From a virus, in the IMG/VR virus record IMGVR_UViG_3300046328_001165, positions 1 through 64,000 of that record: 64,000 nt of DNA; one strand, written 5' to 3'. Both the position numbers and the translations under genes were made by a program. This document shows, piece by piece, positions 55,417-64,000 of the stretch. The notes below the pieces were generated by a model, which saw nothing but the letters and a program-made list of their open reading frames with translations, did no database searches and was not told where the DNA came from. Numbering within the stretch: the first letter of the stretch is position 1; each line of letters begins with the position of its first letter.

Positions 55417-57867
55417 ATGTCAACAGTCACCCAAAAACTATCAAATTACCCTTTATTGCCCTACCCTTTGCAGGTGGGCAATTTGCAATGGTCAGAGAAA
55501 CTAGAAGACTACCCATCGGGCGAGATTCTATATAAGGGGAATACCTTGGAAGTCGCCAACGCGATCGCCGCAGCATACCCAGATCTCAAGGTCGTAACTA
55601 TCGAAGGTATCGGCTTTGTAGTTGCCCCTGCTGGCGTATCGGTCAAGAGATCTCGTTTTGGTCGAGGTGATATTGAAACTTATGATGTAACTGTGCAGCT
55701 AGAATCAAAGTGGAAAGCTAAGTGTCAGCGCAAGATCGGTATCGCTCCATTCTTACAAAGAGATGCATTCTCGAAGTTCAAATATGCATCTAGTGTCAGT
55801 GTTAGCGCGATCGCCTCTTTCTTGGGTATCTCGTATATTGGACCAGCCATTTTCTACTCACCTGAACAAATCGAAACGACTTTTGAAGAAATACTGAGGA
55901 CTAATTGCAGGAGGCTTGGGTGTTTTATTAGCTTTTCAAACCCTCAAGCAGTTAAATTGGTAGCGATCGATGGTGTCGGAGATTATGCATTTCCAAATTC
56001 GGTAGTGATCGATAGTGGCAGTAGTAAAAGAGATCCTGTCCTGCCGATCATTGATAATGTCCTTGTAACAGGTAAATTTTCTAGAGATCCTTTCGATGAG
56101 CAGGATGCCTTATTACTGCCATTGGAACCAGTTCGGGAAGTGATTAAACAGGGTGAAGATGCTAGCAGGTTAACCGAAAAGGAAAGCTACGGAACGCTGA
56201 CCAATCTGGACTTAAATTTTGACGTATCTGGACCAAAAAAAGTCTACACAGAGACAACTTTTATCGACAATATCGTTGTTAAGGAGATTAGTAAAACTTA
56301 CGGGTTTGCGTACAGAGGTATTGATATTGCAGTCTTTGGCAATATTCAGGGCGTGAATACGATTATCAAGTTAAACGGTTCCCCTCAACTTTATTGGACG
56401 CAAGTTGAGGAACAGATTACAGACTACAACTATGAATCGATAACTTCTGACTTTAATGTGATTGCCACTTATGAAGGTCGGACAGTCTCTATCTATGTAA
56501 ATCCAGACTCCGTAAATATCCTGTCGGTAAATGGCAACCAAGTTTTTTTAAAAAATGCCAAATACCTTTTAGGCACTAAAACGTCTGGATGGAAACTTGT
56601 ACGCCTCCAAAAAGAAGAGACAAAGCCTTTGGGGTCTTGGGTCAAAGCCCCTCCAGCGGTAAGTGCTCAGACGTATCAAACGCTAAGATATGGGGCTGAA
56701 CTTTGTCGGTTCAACAAGGTTGAAATAAGAGGCAGCTCTGGTGTTGAGGTTGAACCGCTAAGAAAACTTTATGGGAAATCTACGCCAATACCTTTCACTT
56801 TAGAGGTCAAAAAATACACCGATCTTGATCCAAGTACGATTACAAGGGCGGGAATTCCAGCAAGACTTATAGAGCGTAATGGCGTTATGGTCGTTGACCC
56901 TGAGTATGTCGTGGGGATAGTTAGCGCAAATGTTTCTGATTCAGAACCGTACTGGCTAAAATCGGAGTCGAGTTTTAGATCGGCGTTTACTTACGGCAAG
57001 AGCCCGAAATACAACCCCTACCTCCCAGACAACACACAAAAGCTGCGGAAAGCTGGCGATGTTAGCCCTGAATATATCTTTGCAGGGGACGAAAGCTACA
57101 CCAGCGCGGTTCGCAGGGTTTTTGTTGATTCCAAAGACCAGAATATTACGGGTAAATCCTCTTCGGAGCCTTTTGATTACGCCGAGCTTTACGAAGAAGT
57201 CCTGCTGAACGACACAGCTCAGGGACCCAATTTCTTGGAAGCAGCAAGTGAAGCGACCAAGGAAATAAAAAGAGGTAAACCCCCGATCGCTCAGGTTCAG
57301 CTCAAGCGTTGGGGGACAGCCAAGGAAAAAGCCCGAATTGCCAGCCCAAACAGTGTTCGTCGCTACACTTATGCAAAATACTACGCAACATCGGATTTGC
57401 TGACCACATTCCCTGCGGATATTATTTTGAGGTACACCGACAGCGATGTGATCGATCTCCCTTACGCCAACACCGTGCAAGAAGCTCAAAAGACTCTGGA
57501 AACTGATTTGCGGGTAGCTGGCATGAATAATGCGATCGCTGCAAAGAAATTGGCATGGTATTACCCAAATATCCGCGTGGGCGATCGCGTTACGTTTAGC
57601 GAAGGTCGGCTACGAGCTATTTCAGTGTCGAACAACCTTGAGTATAGGGGCTTGCAAAATGGGGCGTTGATGGTTGTTTCTGAGGGTACGCAGGTAGAAT
57701 GTGGGTATGACAAAGCCCGATCTGTTACGATAAAACAGGCGACCTACAGCCGTAACCTTGACAGCGAGATCGCCCCTGATGTCAGAATCAAGGGTAACGA
57801 CAGCATATCGGCTGGCGAGTTTGTCTACAACACTTCTAGGAGGAGGGACTTCAATGCCAAGCGATAA
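55417..57867 (+). CDS. Tail tip hub-like protein
   Basis: 816 aa; C-terminal PNIRVGDRVTF...ISVS hub-type motif. Confidence 0.7.
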   Translation: MSTVTQKLSNYPLLPYPLQVGNLQWSEKLEDYPSGEILYKGNTLEVANAIAAAYPDLKVVTIEGIGFVVAPAGVSVKRSRFGRGDIETYDVTVQLESKWKAKCQRKIGIAPFLQRDAFSKFKYASSVSVSAIASFLGISYIGPAIFYSPEQIETTFEEILRTNCRRLGCFISFSNPQAVKLVAIDGVGDYAFPNSVVIDSGSSKRDPVLPIIDNVLVTGKFSRDPFDEQDALLLPLEPVREVIKQGEDASRLTEKESYGTLTNLDLNFDVSGPKKVYTETTFIDNIVVKEISKTYGFAYRGIDIAVFGNIQGVNTIIKLNGSPQLYWTQVEEQITDYNYESITSDFNVIATYEGRTVSIYVNPDSVNILSVNGNQVFLKNAKYLLGTKTSGWKLVRLQKEETKPLGSWVKAPPAVSAQTYQTLRYGAELCRFNKVEIRGSSGVEVEPLRKLYGKSTPIPFTLEVKKYTDLDPSTITRAGIPARLIERNGVMVVDPEYVVGIVSANVSDSEPYWLKSESSFRSAFTYGKSPKYNPYLPDNTQKLRKAGDVSPEYIFAGDESYTSAVRRVFVDSKDQNITGKSSSEPFDYAELYEEVLLNDTAQGPNFLEAASEATKEIKRGKPPIAQVQLKRWGTAKEKARIASPNSVRRYTYAKYYATSDLLTTFPADIILRYTDSDVIDLPYANTVQEAQKTLETDLRVAGMNNAIAAKKLAWYYPNIRVGDRVTFSEGRLRAISVSNNLEYRGLQNGALMVVSEGTQVECGYDKARSVTIKQATYSRNLDSEIAPDVRIKGNDSISAGEFVYNTSRRRDFNAKR

Positions 57868-58027
57868 CGATATTGTCCAGAGATTTACTGAAATAATCAA
57901 GCAAGCCTCCCCAAGCGTCACAAGATCGCCGTCTGGTATATCTATAACCCAAGGCGAGCAAACTTACGAGATTCCCTTTAGGATTGATGCCACATCCGTA
58001 GCTAAAGTGGTCTTACTAAAAAAATGA
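57854..58027 (+). CDS. Small tail-associated protein
   Basis: GGAGG RBS, MPSDND start; overlaps both neighbours. Confidence 0.6.
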   Translation: MPSDNDIVQRFTEIIKQASPSVTRSPSGISITQGEQTYEIPFRIDATSVAKVVLLKK

Positions 58028-60342
58028 GCACCCCCGAAGAGCTGCTAGTTCAAATTCTGGCGAATGATAAGAAAATTGCTTTTGGGACAACTCTTGGTAC
58101 TGACGTTAATGATAATTGTACCGTCCAGACAACAAGTGGCAGTATTTTGGCGCGATCGCCTGATCGTATATCTGCGGGTAATTGTATAGCTCTTAAAACT
58201 GATGACGGTGAATGGTATGCCCTTTCCGCCAGCCTTTCTGGGAGTGTGCAAAAATCTACAATATTCAAGAAGGTAAACAGGACTGAAAAAGGCGATCGGG
58301 GGACAACTGAGGTTATTTTTCTTTTTCAAAAGACCAACGGGAATATTCTTGATTTTTATGTTGGGGGAGACAGGGATAGCCCCGAAGTTTTTTACAGGAT
58401 AGAGAAATTTAAGGTAGGTAAGGTTCTGTCGCTTGTTTACGGGTCGATTCAGAAAACAGGGATTTATAAAAACAGCTTTGTCGTAAATCTGCTTATAAAA
58501 GAAGATCCTTATGTCGCTAGGTTTGACGACATCACGGAGCCTTCTACTTACTATCTATACACCATCAGAAGTATAGATGAAGGCAGTAAAGAGGAAGATG
58601 CCGAGATTGATGCCTTAGACGATTCAAGGCTTGAGGATGGCATTTACCTCTCACCAACGTTAAGCGCTTTTAAACAGAGCTTGGTTTTACCTCGATACCC
58701 AAGTCGTGATGGGTCTCAATTGTTGCAAAACTTCAGAGCTACATTAAGCGATCGCGGCTTTTACTTTGGCTTTGGTGAACCAGACCCGCAAGAGGTTAAA
58801 GGCTTCGCCGATTTTATTTTTCAATACGGATATTTTGGCAGCTTTGAGATTGGGCTAGGAACTATATCTGAGAATCGCAGTGGAGCGTGGCACGAATTAA
58901 ATATCCCCTTTGACGAGATCCCTGTCGGCTCGGTTATTCCAAGCGCAAACCTCGACTCTATTCCCCAGTTTTCGCCTGGTCAACTCAAATATCAGCAAGA
59001 ACCTTTCCAGACGGAATACGACTACACCCATGTTAAGAACCAGTATGTCGATCCACCAGTCGGGGCAGGCGTTTTTTACCGTGTGTATTTGCAGGTACAG
59101 TCAAGATCGGATTCTCAGTATGGGGGTGCGACTCTGTACGTTACCTCAGCCAGTCCTGGCGGTAATAGGCTTTTAAACCCTCCCACAAATTTATTTATAA
59201 GAACCTCTGGTTTTCGGCTTGCAGGTCCCGTTTCGGTCGTGGGTTATCGAGACACTCTTAATGTTGGCAACCAGAACGGGACAAGTACGACTAGAGGGCA
59301 AGGTATAGAATTTTCGACTGGGAATGGCAATGTAATTGTATTTGCTGGTATTTACAACTTTGACGACCCTCCCTTTAGTGGGACTGGCGACACTGTTGAA
59401 GGAACTGCATCAGTTTACAAAATACTCAGAGAGGATGGTCCAGAAGGCGATGATGGATGTAGCGACGTTGATGCGAATAACTATGTTGAAAGACAGCCTC
59501 CTCAATATCCAGATGAGTATGATTTTGAGGATGACAGGCGAACACCAAAAACTTGTACTTACAACCCTTTTGTAGTCAGAGCAAACCAACGTACTGTCGA
59601 ATGTTCTTTCGAGTTGGATACTGATATCGAAGTAGATGTTTTGCCTGAGCCAGAAATTACGCCAACCCAGCAGATATTCTCCTTTAACAATCCAATCCGA
59701 ACGCTCACAACAACTTTCCCTGACGAAGAGATCCTTGACACTCGCGAATACAGTATCCCGATCGCTGGCGGAGGGCTAACTTCGCAACAAATTGTCGTAA
59801 CCCACATCCCTAGAGATCCTTTTACCATTGGCAGGGTCGAACCACAGAGGTTACTTTTTGAGGGAGAGTATTTTGATACAAAATTTTTGACTGTCAGCCA
59901 TGATAAGCAGACTGTTTTGGTGAAAAAGCTTCCTAAGTACCCGACAGAAATCCAGAATGAGATTGAGGCGACAACGATCGGTAACACCCCAACGATAAGC
60001 TCTGAGCAGATCGCCTTGCGGGATACTGTGGTTACTGGGCTAGGTCAGGATATACCTTATTCTCAGTTTAAGATACCGAGCAACTTCTTTGATGCCCCCA
60101 GCATAAACAATGGCAACTACATCTTTGACCTTTACTCTGCAAATTTTGCGTTCGATGACACTATTTTTGTTGTGGCAGCGATCGCTATTCCCGAAGATGG
60201 TAAAACTATTGAAATTATAAAAACCAAGACAAGAACACCTCAAGGGGCTATATCAATCAGTCACGAACCACTATATAGCGATTTCGTTGGTGATACGATT
60301 GGAGATATCGTTGATGCCAGCGCTTTCTTCGAGGCAGATTAA
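58024..60342 (+). CDS. Tail tip/spike-associated protein
   Basis: 772 aa; OB-like N-terminus, FYVGGDR motif, acidic beta-rich body. Confidence 0.65.
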   Translation: MSTPEELLVQILANDKKIAFGTTLGTDVNDNCTVQTTSGSILARSPDRISAGNCIALKTDDGEWYALSASLSGSVQKSTIFKKVNRTEKGDRGTTEVIFLFQKTNGNILDFYVGGDRDSPEVFYRIEKFKVGKVLSLVYGSIQKTGIYKNSFVVNLLIKEDPYVARFDDITEPSTYYLYTIRSIDEGSKEEDAEIDALDDSRLEDGIYLSPTLSAFKQSLVLPRYPSRDGSQLLQNFRATLSDRGFYFGFGEPDPQEVKGFADFIFQYGYFGSFEIGLGTISENRSGAWHELNIPFDEIPVGSVIPSANLDSIPQFSPGQLKYQQEPFQTEYDYTHVKNQYVDPPVGAGVFYRVYLQVQSRSDSQYGGATLYVTSASPGGNRLLNPPTNLFIRTSGFRLAGPVSVVGYRDTLNVGNQNGTSTTRGQGIEFSTGNGNVIVFAGIYNFDDPPFSGTGDTVEGTASVYKILREDGPEGDDGCSDVDANNYVERQPPQYPDEYDFEDDRRTPKTCTYNPFVVRANQRTVECSFELDTDIEVDVLPEPEITPTQQIFSFNNPIRTLTTTFPDEEILDTREYSIPIAGGGLTSQQIVVTHIPRDPFTIGRVEPQRLLFEGEYFDTKFLTVSHDKQTVLVKKLPKYPTEIQNEIEATTIGNTPTISSEQIALRDTVVTGLGQDIPYSQFKIPSNFFDAPSINNGNYIFDLYSANFAFDDTIFVVAAIAIPEDGKTIEIIKTKTRTPQGAISISHEPLYSDFVGDTIGDIVDASAFFEAD

Positions 60343-60396
60343 TCGTTCATTCCGCCACAAAAATACAACGCGATCGCTGCATCGTAAAATCAAAAT

Positions 60397-62748
60397 ATGA
60401 GATATCAATATCAAGGCACACCAGAAACCCCGCCAGCACTTCAATTAAGCCTATTCTCTGGCAGTAGCGGTGTGGGGGGTGAAAAATACTTTTGGCTCCA
60501 ATACCGTAACCGCGCTGGGTATAGTGCGGTTGGTCAGGTGTCCTCAATTAATGCGATTAATGGGACGATTTCGATTACTATCCCTTCAGGCGCAAAGCCT
60601 CTCGCGAATGGCACTGTTTTTGGCGTTGATATTCAAGAGTATGTAATCCTCTCTTCTAAAACGAATGACCCTAGCTCGGCATTTGTTATTGCAACGTTCC
60701 CTGGGTATCAAGTCGATGGGACACCTTATGAGCTTCCCGCAGTTGTAAGCGTATTTGGATACCCTGAAGTCTCGGAATTGACCGTAGCAAACGAAGCGGC
60801 GCTGCCACTTAACCCTATTCATGGCATGAGAAGGGCGGTCGCCAATCCAAGCCAAGTCTTTGCCTATGACGCAATATTTAGCCCTATCGGATGGAAACCA
60901 GCTTACCCACCACTACTCTCGACTTACGTTTTAAACACTCAGTTTGAGAATGGTGCTGACATACCTATTTCCGACATTGTTGACGGGTCGGTGGTTATAA
61001 CTCCAAGTTACGGGGTGGATGGGACTTTCAGCAAATCGGTCGGATTCTGGCTGGTTAACGACAGCAACAACGAAATTCCAGAAGGCATTCAAATTGGTGT
61101 CTCTTTTGATCTTGACAACGTAGATGTTTCGAGCCAGTTCATCGGTCTAGCCTCAATCACCTTTCAAGGCTATGTGGATACGAATACAGGAACTTTGGAT
61201 GTGTCGGGCATGATTGTGAATACGAGCGTTCCCTATTCGGGCGCACAGACTGGCATGGTTTTGCAGAAAGCCTTGCCAGTTGGTATCGCAATCCTAATCC
61301 AATTCCAGTTAAATTTTAGGGCTTTTCAATTAGCTAACCGCCCAGTACAAGGATCTGTACTCAGGGTTTCTCCATACATTTATTCTGAGGTTGCTAGATT
61401 CGATCCAAATGGGGCGATCAATGGCTCATTAATTGCGGCAGAGTTTGGGCGGCGAAGAATCGTGCCAACCGCAGGAGCAAATGCCGCCAAAGCCTTAAAA
61501 GGGACTGGAAATATATCGATCGCAGGAGTAGGCGCTTATACTTTTACGGGCGTGACAGAATTGGATGTGATTGGATTAGAACCAAATACAGCTAACCAGA
61601 AAGCGTTTATTTCAATCAATGGTCCCCTCTATGTCGCCGACTCCACGATCGCAGGAGCAAGGCAACGTGCTTTAATCGGCACAATTGATGGCATTGGGCA
61701 TATCACCGATTGGAGTGGAAGCTATGCCCTTGACGAGACAAAAGCCCTACAAGTTGTAGCTACCTATCCTGCAAACATCTCAAATATCTACCCCGATGTA
61801 GTCTCAGGAAATTCGGACGGAATTTTTAACGCCTCCGATATTCGGGTCTATGTGCGACCTGTTGGTGGTGGAGATATAAAATCATTCGATACCAGTGTTA
61901 CAGTTGGTGCGCCGCAAAATTTTGTTGTGGGTATAACTGGTACTGGCTCTGTAGATACCATTCCGCCAACTCCTGCTGATAACTTTGGCTTGTACCGAGC
62001 CGAAGATGGAGTTTACGATGTCAGCGTTATCCTTACGACCAGCGACTTTGTGGCTGGTAATTACGAGATCGCGATCGCCTATGTGTTCAGTGGTAAAGTA
62101 ACCAGCATTAGCCATAGTACCGATGACGGCAATATCTATGAAGCTTCGGGGACATGGGCAGAATTGTATCAAGCCGCCGACTACTGGAAATACGCCGTAA
62201 CTAACCCAGCAGCACTTAGGGCTTTGCCTTCTGCGGGGTATGTCAATTTCCATAGACGGGCGATCGCTAGTTTAGGATTAGAGGTTGTCTGGAATGCTTT
62301 GTCGGTGGAAGTTGATGATGGTATTAATTTCTTCAAGCCTAGCGATCGGGATGTTTTGCAGCCTGGTCGCTATGAAGCGATCATCGCTCAGCTAAACAAA
62401 AGCCAAACCTATCGGGCGGCTCAATCTGTTCAAGTTGTTGAATACATCGCAGTACTCGGTGGTACAACCACCATTGACTTATCCGCAGGGAATGCGCGAG
62501 TTGTCTTTGAGGCAACGGGTGATACGGCGATCTCCTTTATTAACTCTTTTGATGGCGGGTCTTGGGTTATCCACCTTATTCAGCCCGATACAGGGGCGCT
62601 CTGTAATATTGAGTGGATAGACCTATTTATTGACTGGGGTGTTTTTGGTGAACCACCTCTAAGTGAAAATAAGCGAGATATAGTCACATTGGTCGGAGAT
62701 AGTGGTTTGCTATTCGGCTTTTCAACCCCAAACTTTAGGAGGGTGTAA
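60397..62748 (+). CDS. Tail fibre/structural protein
   Basis: YFWLQYRNRAGYS; DDGINFFKP..PGRY; C-terminal TIDLSAGN...W..P.LS...DIV fibre domain. Confidence 0.7.
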   Translation: MRYQYQGTPETPPALQLSLFSGSSGVGGEKYFWLQYRNRAGYSAVGQVSSINAINGTISITIPSGAKPLANGTVFGVDIQEYVILSSKTNDPSSAFVIATFPGYQVDGTPYELPAVVSVFGYPEVSELTVANEAALPLNPIHGMRRAVANPSQVFAYDAIFSPIGWKPAYPPLLSTYVLNTQFENGADIPISDIVDGSVVITPSYGVDGTFSKSVGFWLVNDSNNEIPEGIQIGVSFDLDNVDVSSQFIGLASITFQGYVDTNTGTLDVSGMIVNTSVPYSGAQTGMVLQKALPVGIAILIQFQLNFRAFQLANRPVQGSVLRVSPYIYSEVARFDPNGAINGSLIAAEFGRRRIVPTAGANAAKALKGTGNISIAGVGAYTFTGVTELDVIGLEPNTANQKAFISINGPLYVADSTIAGARQRALIGTIDGIGHITDWSGSYALDETKALQVVATYPANISNIYPDVVSGNSDGIFNASDIRVYVRPVGGGDIKSFDTSVTVGAPQNFVVGITGTGSVDTIPPTPADNFGLYRAEDGVYDVSVILTTSDFVAGNYEIAIAYVFSGKVTSISHSTDDGNIYEASGTWAELYQAADYWKYAVTNPAALRALPSAGYVNFHRRAIASLGLEVVWNALSVEVDDGINFFKPSDRDVLQPGRYEAIIAQLNKSQTYRAAQSVQVVEYIAVLGGTTTIDLSAGNARVVFEATGDTAISFINSFDGGSWVIHLIQPDTGALCNIEWIDLFIDWGVFGEPPLSENKRDIVTLVGDSGLLFGFSTPNFRRV

Positions 62749-63800
62749 TGGGATTTCCTCAACTACCTTTTAGCGCGTTCAGAAACAGGCGAGGTTTGCC
62801 CAATATTGTCGCGAGGCTCCTGCCTCGAACTAAGGGAGAGCGAGATAAAACCATGTTTGCGAGGTTGATTACTCGAAATACGTCAAGTGTATTAACCTCA
62901 TTGCTTATGCGTTTGACAGGTGGCGCGAGTACAGAGAGAGACGCAACTATGTTTTCAAGGCTGATTGCTAGAGGGTCTGCCGCGATCCAAGTCTTAAACG
63001 AAATCGCTGGCAAATACATCGCTTACTGGGCTTTTGAGAGCTACACAAGCGACTTCAACTCAGGTATTTATCAGTGGAATGATTCAACACCCAGCAATAT
63101 CGGGTTAAACCCAAGCAATACTAATTTTGTTCAAGACGGGGTGACGGCTGGGCTTATCGGCAATGGATCTAAATCAATTGGGGGAGCATATCAGCCACCA
63201 AACTATGCTCCTGTTTCTGTACCTTTAACCTCTTACCCTTATTTTGTTTTTACGGGATGGATTAAATTTGACGGCATATTTACGGCTGAGGACGCTGACG
63301 AAACTTCGGGAAGGCAGTTCACGCCCGAATCATATAGTTTTCAGTTGCTTAATGTAAATGTTGCTCCAAACTCCCTTTTTATAAATGTAGTTGCAGTACC
63401 TGGGGTTACTGGAGGAAGCGTTTTTGAAGAGCCTGGAGGAATGAGAACCAATGCAATTAGGGTTAACTACTATTACAACAGTGCGCTGGCTAGTATAGAT
63501 ATTCGATTCACAAACCAGTGGGTTTTTATATACGCAGAAATGGATGTGAGCAACAGGATACTTACTTTGGAGGTGAACGACAGCAGCCAGACAATTAATG
63601 GCTCTGGCTCCCCATCAGCAACCTTTACCGACGACATAATCGATGCTGTCGGTATTACTGTTAGTGGGTACAGTGGATACCAAGGCGATGATTTTATCGT
63701 GTTGATAGACGAAATGGGTTTCACTAACAACAGGCTAACGCCAGCAGAAAGAAGTTACATTTACAACAACGGCGCAGGGCGCACTTATCCATTCAGCTAA
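62748..63800 (+). CDS. LamG/concanavalin-like tail protein
   Basis: IAYWAFE...FTGWIKF...IDEMGF.NRLT..E...IYN.GAG. Confidence 0.8.
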   Translation: MGFPQLPFSAFRNRRGLPNIVARLLPRTKGERDKTMFARLITRNTSSVLTSLLMRLTGGASTERDATMFSRLIARGSAAIQVLNEIAGKYIAYWAFESYTSDFNSGIYQWNDSTPSNIGLNPSNTNFVQDGVTAGLIGNGSKSIGGAYQPPNYAPVSVPLTSYPYFVFTGWIKFDGIFTAEDADETSGRQFTPESYSFQLLNVNVAPNSLFINVVAVPGVTGGSVFEEPGGMRTNAIRVNYYYNSALASIDIRFTNQWVFIYAEMDVSNRILTLEVNDSSQTINGSGSPSATFTDDIIDAVGITVSGYSGYQGDDFIVLIDEMGFTNNRLTPAERSYIYNNGAGRTYPFS

Positions 63801-63809
63801 ACTAAAACT

Positions 63810-64000
63810 ATGTCTCAGTCTACTTATTTAAAGGAAGAAGATGTCAAGTGGGTAAGGAATGTTGGGGCGTATGCGCCACCGCCCACTTCCTTGTGGATAT
63901 CAATTCACGATGGCAATCCTCTACTTACAGGTGCGAACGAAATAGCTTTTTCCCGTGTTGAGGCAACCAGCTTTGGGGCTATTGTCACAAGCGACATTCT
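63810..64000 (+). CDS. Minor tail/fibre protein, truncated by window end (not in ORF track)
   Basis: MSQSTYLKEE...PTSLWISIHDGNP..GANE..FSRV. Confidence 0.7.
   Translation, partial: MSQSTYLKEEDVKWVRNVGAYAPPPTSLWISIHDGNPLLTGANEIAFSRVEATSFGAIVTSDI

Larger units (their letters stand above)
1..64000. mobile_element. Temperate cyanophage (prophage or phage-plasmid); both ends lie outside the window
   Basis: Portal, protease-scaffold, major capsid, adaptor, tape measure and tail genes are present with phage replication genes. There are no host housekeeping operons, and HIP1 (GCGATCGC) is dense throughout. Confidence 0.93.

Noticed and set aside
44228-63800. Many short minus-strand ORFs within tape measure and tail genes
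   Set aside because: Antisense shadows of long coding regions.
1-64000. tRNA/rRNA genes, att sites, integrase, terminase, endolysin, sheath
   Set aside because: None recognisable by eye; they may lie outside the window or be too divergent.

Overview
The whole window is part of a large temperate cyanobacterial phage (prophage or phage-plasmid). The cyanobacterial HIP1 octamer GCGATCGC occurs dozens of times in both genes and spacers, and the primase and tnpB are cyanobacterial in type. The left ~9 kb is an early/replication region: a truncated lambda-O-like initiator with an internal HNH domain (absent from the ORF track), a Cro-like regulator, DnaG, a tnpA-less IS200/IS605 element (tnpB) inserted into a terminator palindrome, a DUF4326 protein and a Dam-like methyltransferase. 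The rest is a scrambled virion module: DUF1073 portal, an inverted block of fibre genes plus holin-like, TM-GAF and EAL phosphodiesterase genes, Mu-type F/G proteins, a ParB-like/HicB-like/XRE island, DUF2213 protease-scaffold, decoration protein, DUF2184 major capsid, DUF4054 adaptor, a 2923-aa tape measure and tail-tip/fibre genes. No terminase, integrase, endolysin or sheath was recognised in the window. The most striking unexplained pattern is a family of about 8 modular proteins (22.4-26 kb and 36.3-43.8 kb). They draw on a shared set of parts: a leader ending in [RK]-x-D (a motif also repeated throughout the protease-scaffold and at the capsid N-terminus), a small Cys or VKVPAQNGRKAYSY module, a Gly/Ala hydrophobic helix and a variable payload. 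I interpret this as a candidate protease-processed, head-packaged effector system. Other highlights are the phage-borne GAF+EAL c-di-GMP module and a dispersed 14-bp GATC-centred pseudo-palindrome. All family assignments come from motif recognition by eye; no database searches were run.
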